A DNA stretch of 64,000 nucleotides from Strigamia acuminata (taxonomy: Eukaryota), in the NCBI GenBank assembly GCA_949358305.1, contig OX442314.1, positions 14,880,001 through 14,944,000 of the forward strand, in the 5' to 3' direction. A program made the position numbers and the translations under genes. This document shows positions 36,301 to 48,737 of the stretch, piece after piece; positions within the stretch are counted from its first letter, which is position 1; every line of letters starts with the position of its first letter. The notes beneath the pieces are model-generated. The model saw nothing but the letters and a program-made list of their open reading frames with translations. It had not been told where the DNA came from and did no database searches.

Positions 36301-39300
36301 ACGCGTGCAAATCTCGCCGCACCAATTTGATCGCCGACGTGATCTCGGCACGTGCTCGCTTTCTTCACATAGCAACGAGAAATGTCATTCATGACGTCAT
36401 CACAATCGGGAATACATTAAGCCGGGCGAGATTTCATGACGTTCTTAGAGGACGGACCTTTAATGAAACATGGGTTAATTCTACGATAAATGAAGATTGC
36501 ATTGCCTCCTAAAACTCCACCTACACAGTTAAACCTGACTAGAGTAATGGCCAATTCCTCGCGTCCGCCTAAACTTTAATCTTTGAGAATGGTCACGAAT
36601 TGCCGGATAACCCAAGTGTATACGCTTACTTATAGATGACGGATTTACTTGATTTATAGAAGGGACTCTCCCACATGCGGTTCCTCTCTCATCCGGTGTG
36701 AAAAAAAGAAAACGGGAATTCCCACGAGCGCCGTAAAGAAGAAAACTAAAAACACTGGCCCGGTCTGCCATAGATGTATCCAAAAATCTCTTGGGAGAAA
36801 CCATTCTTCATTTATTTACAACCCCTTCTTTACTTTTCACTTAATCCCCATCTCCGTCCTCCCAAAAAAAAGTTGCAAAAGTTGATAATTAGAACCTAAA
36901 GGGTATTGAGATGGAGTTTTCGGAATTGTTGTGCACTTCCCACTTCAAATCTCAGTTTTACATTTTAATTTAACAGTTATCACATCGTTTAAACCACTTT
37001 AGAGTTACTGATTAAACCAAAATGCACCTTTAAAGTGCGGTTTATTCCAACCACTTGACCACTTGACACAACGCTATGCAAAGTTCTTCCGCAATTAATA
37101 CAAAACGAGACTATTTGGTCCTTCATTTTGTTCGAAACTAACCATCTGCTCATTTTTCCATTCTCTAACCTTAATTTTCTCTTCAAATTTATGCCCATTA
37201 TTTTCTAAATCCGAACAACCGGTTATACGAACAGCAGTGATTGATTTTTATTGGTTTTTTAATTAATTTTTTTTTTAATTTTCATATACACCAATGTCAG
37301 ATTATGCAAACAAACCAGTGTTGTGAACACCTACGTCTCCCAATTAGTTCATACAATCGGCGTTCTACTCTAATACACTTTCCCTTTTATTAGCTGTTAG
37401 TCATTATAAGTACAAGACGACCCCCCCCCCCCCCAACTTATGTATTTTTCATGTAACTTTTGTTGAAATCCTTCCCTTAAATGCTTTAAAAACGCGTCTG
37501 AAACATTACTGCTACTTCCGCTGAATCCATAACAATGCACAGCACTCAAAAATTCATTGTGTAAACACAACACTCGTCTTGCCCCACTAATCAAACCGTA
37601 ATGCAAACCTGTCAATGAGGATGAAGATGTAGAGACGCACCGTTGCGAGAAAGAACTCAGTCATCGGTCAAATCGATTTTTTTTTAAAAACCAGACTATT
37701 GATCCTTTTCAATGCCCTACTTCGCACCTGAGATGCACACGGCTTCATCTACATCACATCATTAGCGCATTGAACTCGGACCCACACAAAAAAGATATAA
37801 GGGGAGCCTTAATCTGTCGTCTGCAAACGTTTGATTGCGCAGTGAAGAAAAGAAAGAAAACTCGGTAGTAGAAGCGCGGGATTTCATTGCTTTTGCATGT
37901 CACGGCCACAGAGCGCCGTTGGGGAACGGTTAACAGCAATAACGTGATTTAGAATACTCAGGCCGTTGGCACCGTCGAGCTGCGTGCTGATCAAGCGACT
38001 CCTTCAACTCACAGTAATATTTAAACTACAAAATGATTAAATCAATTTTACCTGTTCGAAAGCCGAGTTTCTTTTCTCTGGACATCCCACACCCCTCAAA
38101 AAAAAATTCTTCCCATCAAATGAAAGCAATGTGCCACTTGACTGCACTCCGTGTCCATTTTTCACGGCTCTTTTATTCTTTACGTCTCTCATTCACGGCT
38201 CAAAAGTTAATTTATGATTCGTATCTCACGGTTATGACTCATGTTTTCACAATAGATGGGATTCCACAACTGTCCATCTGGTATACCGCCATTAACCGGT
38301 GTTTGGTTTACATCGTCATGCCAAATGGACAGACATACCTGTATGTTTCCCTTACCGATGTCCGCGACTCCCTCGAATTAATGGCGGGCTCGGCTGGACG
38401 CATATCGTCACTGTTTCCATCCATCACTTGTTTAACATTTGCCCTTACACAATAGATAGTGCTTGCCTTGGCCCACGGCGAGCAGATAGTGGGATGCTGC
38501 TCCCCGAGGAACTCTCTCGTATAAATAGAACACTGAGTGCCCAATCTTATAAAGATAATAAACCCAAAACTATTTTTTTCCATGAAATTCAAGTCTCCAA
38601 AAATAATTTAATGGTTTGACCCCACCAAGTCTTTGGGTTACCAGTAGTTCTTCCAAACTGATAATGTTGGTCGGAGAATTGTTTTTAAGTCGAATTTTGC
38701 GTTTAAAAATTATTATTCGTAAGCCATTAGTGCCCTGGCGGGGTTTACTTTGCTTTTCGGAGATTAATCATGTGATCTAAAAAGACTTTAATTGAATTTT
38801 TAATTCGTTTGTATTCATCACGGAGAGTAAGTTAATCTGAAAGAATCCCTTCTTTTGTCATTTACCAGTTTTTTTTTTGGTTAAAATTGTGCAAAAGAGA
38901 AGAAAATTCGACCAACCATCAACATAATCCGATTGTGAAAAATGAAAAGAAGTTCACATCTTTTCTGCTTATCAACATAAGGGACTCATCAGAATGTACA
39001 CTATGGATCCACTTTGAGGAAGTCTCATATGAGCCCTGCCTCTTTTAGTCTGCTGAATTGATGGCGTACTAAAACAGGAAATTGTATTACTAGTGAGAAT
39101 GCAAAATGCCAAAATCCAAGCATGTTTGCTCGGCTTGTTTTCTTCACTGGATCAATATTTACATAGGATACAAAAATCAATTCAATTTTCTTAAAATTTA
39201 ATTGATATCCTAAGTTAATTTTCTGCACTCATTTAATTACATATATAGATTTTATAAAAATATAAAAATTAATTTCGTACTTTTTTTTTTAAGAATAATT

Positions 39301-42300
39301 TATCATTATTTGCATTTACCAAAAAATAATTTTAGATTAGCTTATATTACCTGTTTGCTAAACTCATGAATAAAATAAAATCCTTTAAAAATAACTGCAA
39401 TAAATTTAACATGATTTAAATTCACCATCGATTTTCAATTGATTTTAACTTGGTATTAAGTGCATGTTTTCTCTTAAAAAAAAACTATCGTGTTTGCAAA
39501 TACAAATCAAAGCGGCGGCACCATTACCACTAGGTGGATCCATAAAGTATTTACACACGCACGACCTGCTCCAGAGATTTTTAAAAAATGGCCAAATGGG
39601 GAAATTCTTACAACATCTCGCATAGAAAAAATTGCTTAAATTTCTCGTTTTCTTTTCAGTAAATCAATGAATTCTCTGCAAACTGACTCGAAGCAGCAAG
39701 TCAAAAACCCAAAAACGTATCCAAAATTCAGTGTCTCATTTGTACGTACAATTAGAATTTCTATCTTCAAAAAATGCTCTTTTTTTATTTGCTATTTCCT
39801 TCTCCTTTACTTCCAATATTAAAATGTATTCTTTGCGTGTCGATATCCCGCACATTGCCACATTCAACGGAGCGGAATCACTTTTCTGGTAAATCAATAC
39901 TCTTAACATACAAAGTAGAGGAAAAAAGGTATAGAAACTCATACAAGTGGGTGGAAGAGGAGTCTTGAGCGATGGGACAGCGGAGAGGTGCTTGCAATAT
40001 CTAGCAAGCGAGTGCAGTGAAGCCGATGGGCAATTGCACTGTTTTGTTTCTCTTAGCACTCTCTTTCTCACCTCCATTCAACCATGTTGAGGGTGGGTAA
40101 GGGACTATGCTCTTTCGCGTTTTACCGGGGCAAATGGACTTCTAAACAGGTTTCCATGCATTTCGCATTGGAGTTTTATTGTGAGCCCGATAGAAGACAT
40201 GCTCAGCACAATCACCACAAACATGTAGCAAAAACAGACTAAACCAAAAAAAATTACAAGTTAAAAAAAAGAAGGAAAGAGTTAAGGCAGACACATAAAA
40301 GTGTACTATACAAACCTAACTGAGCCCGAAGATCCATTAGAGATGAGTGCACGCGTGTGTACACATTTTGGTAAAGAAACAAAAAAGAATTTTTTTTTAA
40401 ATTAAAGAAAACTTTTTAAAGCGTACATCCAACTGCAAATTGCATTTGTTTTAACAATATTGAATAAATAAGCCTAATTGGAGGTCTAACTCACGTCGAA
40501 ATGAGAGTAGGAAAGAGAAAGTGGTTGCAGAGAAAATATTTCTGCTGACTGGAACAAAACTAATGACTACAAAAGAGTTTTAAGAATGCTCATACAACAT
40601 TTTCTTTTTTTATTCCTTAGAAAAAAAAAAGAATTGCTACGCTATAGAAGCAATCTTTAAAGGACTTGAAAATGGAACAATTTGTACTTTTTCAGCAAAA
40701 ATTTAATTTTAAGTGTTATTTTCCCTTTCATTTAGTAATGCTCACTCATGATTTCAATCCCCTAGTGGAGAAAAGGGGAAGAAAAGATCTGCAAGAACTG
40801 CAAATTTCAAAATATACTATAAAAATATCCTTCCTTTACATTAATTCCCCCACAAAATAAAATTATAAAATCAAAAAAAAAAAAAATCCCCTTAGTTTTA
40901 CAATTGCTACTGTTTGTTTTCAATCAATGCACCTTCCACAGAAAACAATAAATGTGGATTACCTAAACAAAACAACCCTTAGAACCACACCCCAAAAGAG
41001 CGATGCGAGTTGTACTCCATTAGAAAAAAGAAAAGAGACGAGAAAAAAGATACTATGTAACCAATTACATACGGGTAAACCTCCACAAATTGCTCCATCA
41101 CAGAGAAATCAAAGTTGGAGCAATGTTCCTACAACAACAGAGTTTGACCCGTTCCCAGTGCTCCGCCCATAATTAAATCAAGGCACCGACCAAACAGACA
41201 AAAAATAATATATATAAAAAAAAACCAGAAAAGAAAAGAAATACTTCGTTCGCTCTTTATTTGCTAATGTCTACAAGGGGACTAATGTAGTTACGTTTCT
41301 TTTTCTTTTCGGTCTTAGAAACGCGATTCAAAGAACAAACAATCTTTATTATGTACTTAGTACCACAACATCCCACTTTCACACAGGTGAAAAGATAAAA
41401 CTAACAACATTCCTTCTCTCCTTTCCCCTTATATATATATTTTTTCCTCCTTCTTCTATCGCGTGGAATAATTTCAACAAGTTAAGACAATGAAGACCCA
41501 GAGAATGAAATTTCTCTATGGACTCATTCTGACCTCAACTAATTGGAGTTCTAGCTACTATAGAAGCAAAAACCACTTTACCCAATAGAATAAAAAGAAC
41601 AAGGGTAAGAAATTGTTTAATACATTTCGTTAAACTTTAATAAGGTCGAATTACCTAGTAATTTAACCTGAACTAATAAGGAGAAAAATTCGTATGAATA
41701 TTTTATATACAAACTCAATAAATATTTTTGTTTTTTAATATTCTTTGTGGTTGTGCTGTTGAGACTTCCAGTTGACCTTTATTTGATTTATTGCATTTTA
41801 TCTGTTTATTCAAATCTAGAGAGCAATAGAATCAAACTTCCGGATTTACAGTTGATCCAATAATGCAATCTGAATTAATAAAACTACTGGTTTATGATTT
41901 TGATTGACATGTGATAATTTTGGTTAAAATCTCTAAAATTAAATAAGAAATCATACAATTTTCGGTTCCTGCAATTTTTTTTCAAACAACAAATTTCGCT
42001 ACCTGCATTCAAGCCACACAAATTCGATTAACTGACGAATTAAAGAATTCTCCTGCATTTTTCTTTTGCAATAGAAGTCGGACAAAATTAATCATTTCTA
42101 GAACTTCCCTATAAAATAAAAAATGCTTACCGGTGTATATTTTTAACAATAACAAATTTCCAGGTAAACATTTGTTTTCCACAGAGTAAAAGACCCCCGC
42201 ATCCTCTGAACCAATAATAAATCACTCATTCATCGAACCAATGAAAATCCAAGCTGCGACCTCCCATGGTGATGGGTATAATCAATAATGCGCGTGTCTT

Positions 42301-42515
42301 CCGACGTCACCCATAAGAAAGATTAAGCGGACGAAGAAACCTCACTGATGGCTTTTTCCTTGCAACCAAGTCCCACGTGCCTAAATAACACCATATTGCA
42401 TCACGCCAATGCAGACAAAGTGAAGCCACAGTCTCGACCCATTCATTCACATTTGCAACTAAACCCATCTATACAGAAGTTCACTCCTAAATTAATTTAA
42501 GGAAAACAAATCGCA

Positions 42516-42544
42516 CCCCCCCCCTCCCTCCCCCCCCCCCCCCC
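42516..42544. repeat. Interrupted poly-C tract (poly-G on the EHBP1 sense strand)
   Basis: C9-T-C3-T-C15 read directly; a second C15 run lies at 37420-37434. Confidence 0.9.
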
Positions 42545-44952
42545 AAAAAAAAAAAACAGGTAAAAAACAACACTAGCCTTAACATAATAAATAAATAAAA
42601 ATAATAAAAATATATTTACTAAATGTTGCAAAAGACTTGATGAGAATTTATTGACATGATCAGATTCATTTCTTATTCGCGAGTTGTGTCATTTCTCACG
42701 ACGGTTTGAGAATGATTAAAAATGAAACGTGATACTTGCATTAAGCTTGCATTCAAATGGAGGCCAAGGTAATCAGATCAATGCACGCCAACGTTAAAAA
42801 AAATACAATTTCCATTTGCAACGCACCATCTCTTGTCGTTCGCTGCCTCGAACTCAGCAAATAAAACAAAACCCAACCAAAAAAAAAAAAATTTAACGGT
42901 ATAGAAAGAAAAAAAATTAATTTTTAATAAAAGCTGACAGAATCATTGACAGCTGCATATATATAACTTTTTAATTGAAAAGTTTTATATTAAGCAAATT
43001 TGAATAATTTTCCACCGTTATTTAATGTATGCAATTTCGTATACATTTTAGTCCGGAGTTTTTTTTGCCATGACAGGCACGTTTTTGATATTATTATCTG
43101 CACGTTTTTTGTACTTTCAACCAACGTGTCAAGTTGCAACTTCCTTTTGACTTTTTCAAATCAAATTCTTGTATCGATCTCTAACCCACCTCACTCCACC
43201 CCCCACACACGCTCCGCTCCTCTCCTCCTCACAAGCAAAACAGAAGAGGTCTTAAGAATGTAAAAGCCATTCTTTGAATTCATCTCCACACAACAACAGT
43301 ATCAAGGCATTACTGAAAAAAGCGTAGCAAATTTCTAGATAGAGAAGATTCACCAATAAAGTAATGAGAAACCTGACTAGAAAGCTAACATTTGTGCTGC
43401 CCCAATTCCAAAAAGGAAACTAAAATTAAGCCTAACTTTACTTTTCGTATTTTCAAGATATTACACACATAAATTAGAAAGAAAGAAAAAAGGTTTAATC
43501 AAAACTTCAGTTTATTTTTCTAGCAAATCCTAAGGTGGTGTTTCTCATGGTTACTGAACTTGGCCAATGCTCAAGCTGAAAGAACAAATGCAATGTTTTC
43601 TACTCTAATGATTATTGCATTTAGAAAATTGCTATATAAATTATATCCAACTTTATTACCTTCATTAACTGACAAAATGGGTAAACAACACTTGTTACAC
43701 TCGAGACTCGACCGTGTTGGTTTCATTTGGATCGAAACTACATTTCAATGGCCGCTGCAGTTGACAATTGATATAAGATCGAGTCGTAGATAAGTTATTT
43801 TCACCTTTAATCAATTTTGCTCATCGAAAAAAAAAAGTTTTTCGCTTTTATCATTTCGGAACTTCCAAATGCGTGTTTTATTTAAATGGAAATACCCATA
43901 CTTACGGGTTTTATAGATCACGGGCCATTTTCTTGCAGGATTTTACGACGTTTTGTGACCCATAAGCTACCTTTTCGTATACACCATAGTCATAACCCAT
44001 AGGAAAACAAAAACAATGCTTTTAGGTTCAAATGAGTAAAATATCGTAAAATCCTAGTTATAAAAACTTTAAAATTAAAATTAAAATATAAAAAAAATTG
44101 TATAAAATTTTAAAGAAACTAAAAACTTCAATCTGTTGAATTGTACCATTTTAAGCGTTTCGTTTTAGCAATTTTGTAGTAAAACACGTGTGAATCATCT
44201 TAGTTTTTACAGTATTTTTGTTTCGGATCAATATAAGATAAAAACTCATATTTATCGCAAGAAACACGAAAACGCTTCTATTTTGTACAAGTTTAAATAA
44301 ATAAATTTAAAGCTTCTTAACAAATAATCCCTCATCAAATATTGCTAAAGCTTCGTATCTATTTCACTCGTAAATCGCAATCCCTGATTTATCTGTAAAA
44401 CTACATTTTATCTCCGAAAAAAAAATACAAAATTATAAAAACAAAAAAGGAGCAATAAAATTTACTTAGCTAGTAAATAAAAAGTCAGTTAAGAATGTTA
44501 AGGAAATAAAAACAGCAATTTTCCACTCAACTTAACGCGTGCATAATGCAAAAGGTAAACTATCGCCCAAAACACAACACTTGCTAAATGATTTATCTCA
44601 TGAATTATTTACATCTTCCATTTGCAGCACCGAAGGCAAGAAGAGTGTGGACAAGAAAGACAGCCAAAACCTCCGGGGGAATCCACCTTACAAAGTTCAA
44701 ACACTTAACTCTATCAACCATGAATTTGCTTTGGCACTTTTCGACTACCTCCAAGCCATCTTTAAAGCAAGTCCTTGCATGTCTAAGCTCTTGCCACTTG
44801 TTTACTCAATACCATTGAAGCTTTGCGCGACTCAATCAATATTTTAGAATAAAATGGAAATAGAAATAAATAAAAACACCAAAATTTCGTACCAAATATG
44901 AATAAATAACAACCAAATTGGATAAAATAATAATAATACAAAAAAAAATTAC

Positions 44953-45160
44953 CTTTGTGAGGCACTTGAGCTTTCTTGCGGATTATCAGAAGTTGGCAAC
45001 TGATCAATGGCTGAAGATTGGCTAATGCTCTCATCGTTATTAGTATCTTCTTGCTTATTAGTGCTGGTGGCTCCTAGTGAAGGCAACGGTCCAGGTTTGA
45101 CGGGTTCCATTGGCGTTGCCACCTCTTCAACTGGTGACAGGCATTGTTCAAAAGCAGATA
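44953..45160 (-). CDS. EHBP1: Linker exon (VSAFEQCLSPVEEVATPMEPVKPGPLPSLGATSTNKQEDTNNDESISQSSAIDQLPTSDNPQESSSASQ)
   Basis: 208-nt GC-balanced island in AT-rich intron, open in the phase delivered by the previous exon, AAG acceptor and AAG|GTAATT donor, S/T/E/P-rich disordered composition. No recognisable homology, so assigned by position and phase. Confidence 0.75.
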
Positions 45161-45480
45161 CTTAAATTTTAAAATATAAAATACACAATTAATTTTTACT
45201 ATCTTGGAATAGAAATTTGAATAAATAATTCACTAGAAAATTGGCATATTAAAATTTGAAAAATAATCCCCTAATTATAATCAACAAACTTAATAATTTT
45301 GTAAATTTAAGCTCGTTATCCATAGAAAAAGCAAACAAAATAATCTCCAAGAAAAATCTACTAGATAAAAGTTTAGCGGTAAATCCATACACGATACTTT
45401 GTTCACATTTTCAACAAAAAGGGTTCATCATCATTAAGAGGAATCCCACAAACTGTACAAATAATTAGACTTTATGAATT

Positions 45481-45565
45481 TCCATCAGAAAATCCTATAA
45501 ATCCTTTAAAAATCCTATAAATTCATTAGAAATCCAATAAATCCATTCCAAATCCTGTAAATCTA
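45481..45565. repeat. Degenerate 10/20-bp tandem repeat (AATCCTATAA-like)
   Basis: AATCC/AATTC recurs about every 10 bp for roughly eight units. Confidence 0.75.
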
Positions 45566-48394
45566 TTTTTTAAATGTCGTATAAATTTACCTACTTCTTT
45601 TCTTTTAAAATCCATTAAAGAATCCCATAAATAGAGATATCCAAGGCACTTCAGTGAAACTACTTCTAGAATTCTAAATCTTCTTCACTTTTTCAAATGA
45701 GGACTCCTTTAAACTAGATCATACCATTCCAATGGTCAATCATAACCAAAACCACAACCAATTTATTTATTCTACTTTAAATTAATTAAGAATACTTATC
45801 AGATACATTAAACCAGCCCAATAATTGGATAATCGAAATTTGATACGTATACAACTCAAGGGGCTTCATCTAACTAGATCAAACCTAAATTTCAGTTTGG
45901 TATTGATTCTAAATTGTAAATTTAAAGTTTACATCAAAAGTCTAAAACTTCAGCTCAACTGTGTCTGATGTCGATCTACAATTTCATTTATCCTCGAGAC
46001 TGAGACCACGAGGGAACCAACAAAACAAAAAAATTACATATATAAAAAAGCCGAGTCATCCTCAGCCCATACAAACACCAAACACACACAAGCGCGCGCA
46101 CGCGGCGCAATGGGGACAGAGTTTACTCTTGCATAATGCATGAAACTTACAATTTTTTTACACTATAAATTAAATATCGGCTTTAACTTGAAAAGAAAAA
46201 ATTCAATCTTCAACTTACACAGATCATTGCAGTACAAAATAATTCCCTCAATACAATTAGCAAATAACAAGGAAGAATTAATGTCGATCATCTGTTGTCA
46301 ACATCAACTAATTCTGCTAAGTATCCCTATGACACTTCGTCGTCCCAATGCAATTAATGTTATCACAACAAGCAGTTGGAGACACATGCACGTGAAAAGG
46401 TTAATCCTATCACTTCTAAGACAGACAAGGAGCCAATTGGTGTCTCTCATCAAGATAAGTGCATCATACAACGTGTCAGGCTGTATTTTGACAGTAAACT
46501 CACATATCAGTGGCCATCAGGCATTATTATTTTTCTACAAAACAAACACGCTTAATACATTAAAACTACACCATATATAAATGATTAATTAATCATTTTT
46601 ATAAATTTAACATTATTCTATTGTACAAACCATACAAAAGTAAAAAAATCAAATATTTATGATATTTCTTTTAAGTAAATTGACATGCCTCGTACAGTTT
46701 CCTCATAGGGGTAAACCACGTTAATTACAGCTTCCGAGCCAGGTTGAGTTAATTAACTTTACTTCCTATGTTTTTTCTACACTCAAAAGAAGTGCTTGGT
46801 AAAGATGGGGTGTGCTGAAGTTTCAAAGAAAATAAATTTGCGAAAAAAGGAAAGGGGAATTTGCATTCAAATCTCATCACGATGTAAGTAAAGCCTTCAC
46901 TTGGCAAATTAAGACCATGTCATATGCATTTGAATTAAATGTGTGCCTACTATTTCATACATTCATGCATTCTTTATTGAATTAACACATACTTTATTCT
47001 TTAAACATTTTATACGACTTGAGGTCAAAGTTGGTTTCAGTATGTACATAATAAAAATTCCACGTGAAGCCGCACAGAGAGAAGAAGAGGACAAGCATGG
47101 CATCTTATTTGTCCCATGATTTAGTACAAAGGTTGTTCCCCATAATAAAATTTGTGATACATGACTCTCCAACTTATCTTAGTCTCGTATAAACACAAGT
47201 ATGAGATGCGGCTCACTGATCCTTTTTACAGCAACACAGGTGTACAAGTATCCACATGGAAAGCGATCATAATTTATTAGTGCAAAACTCAGTGCACACT
47301 CACGTTAATCGTGGATTTAGGGCTTAAATAAACAATATTAAATTGTAATATTGTAAATTCATGACTCTTCTTTTAAATTCCAGTACTGAGATACGTGCTA
47401 GCTCATTCATAAACAACAAACAGCTCCAAGCTGCTTCTTGCATCGCTTCAAAGATCCTCGCACCCAGCAGCGCAGCTTTAAACTTAAAAACTCGGTCTTT
47501 AGAATATTGCTGTTGTAATAACCAGTTTTACTAAAAAGAAAAGAAAAATTGATCCGGTTAAAGTGCAATTTCATGCCTGTGTATGTTCACTTGTTGTTGT
47601 ATTTGTACAAGTAAAGAGAAAATCTGAGCAATTGTGCCCCAGAGGCAACGCGGGGCAACTCGTTCCATCATAGATGACACTCTGGACATTGGCCCAAGAA
47701 GACGGCTACAAACTCTGTCCATTTGCCCCCCACGCACTTTAATCTTGTCCATAAATTGAACGCAAGTCCATTTCATCTTCAACTTGAAATTGACCAAACA
47801 AGAGCTTGGAGGCATTTTTGCGACTTTAATGAGATCAAATTCTCATTAAACTTCAGATAAAAACCACATTGAGTAATAAAGTTGATGATACTAGCAGGTA
47901 ATTAATGTTAGTTAGTGTCAAACTCGGCTGTTTGATTCATGATGCACTGCCTCACTCTTTTTTTTCCTACTAATTCAAGTTGACACATCGTATATTTGTT
48001 CACTACCGACATGTTGAAATTTCATTTTAAATCCAATCAAGAAAGCAAATTGCTAGTTACGAGTCAATTGCTTTCTTTTCTTCAATTTCCAATGACGAAA
48101 TGGAATTTCTTTTAACCTCAGGTGAATCATTTCAAGTAAAATTACATGACTAACAACTTCAAACCTCATTTAATAAGAACCAATAAAACGCCACCTAAAT
48201 GTCCATTTAGCTAGTCATGCACAATTGGAATTCTAAAAAACTCAAGACATATTGACATGTGATTAAACTGTTTGCCGAAAGTACTTTTACCTTACATAAA
48301 TTTAAAATTAAATGTCTGGAAAATACTAAAATTATACTAGAACGAATCGATAATTTTTCCCATTTCCATACAGCCGTACTTACAACTCATAATA

Positions 48395-48737
48395 GGTGCG
48401 TTTACGATCGTCAGAGATAAATCACTTATCGACCTGAAGTGACTTAAGTTGCTGACAGGTTACAGGAAATAACGTCATTTTTGTCATTTTCAGGATAAAA
48501 TAAATCACCTGCTGCTGTTAGCGACTTATCAATAACAAGTCACAAATTCAGAACTTATCTGTTTTATCCGGTCTTATCTGATCAGCAAAGGTTGCTGATC
48601 GCTACAAAAATTAAATGGCGGCCCAAGAAGTTGCTAGTATATCAATTAGCCACGCAGAAAAAAAAAGTATCATCATTTGTTTATCACACCAGTCAAAATT
48701 TGGCTTATCACTCACGATTGTGAAATGTGAATGCACC
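48395..48737. mobile_element. MITE with imperfect TIRs (possibly PIF/Harbinger-like), GATAA-rich
   Basis: GGTGCGTTTAC...CGATCGTCAGAGATAA versus reverse complement of the right end GGTGCATTCAC...CAATCGTGAGTGATAA; TA on both flanks. Confidence 0.65.

Noticed and set aside
38960..38995. Hammerhead-like core CTGATGAGTCCC on the minus strand
   Set aside because: No complementary stem II closing onto GAAA; the CTGACGA at ~12109 and CTGAAGA at ~10902-10908 fail similarly.
43937..44055. 12-bp inverted repeat AGGATTTTACGA/TCGTAAAATCCT
   Set aside because: No termini or TSD identifiable; probably an old transposon fragment, too weak to call.
47396..47530. Possible EHBP1 cassette exon behind a strong acceptor
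   Set aside because: Stops early in the phase required by the upstream exon.
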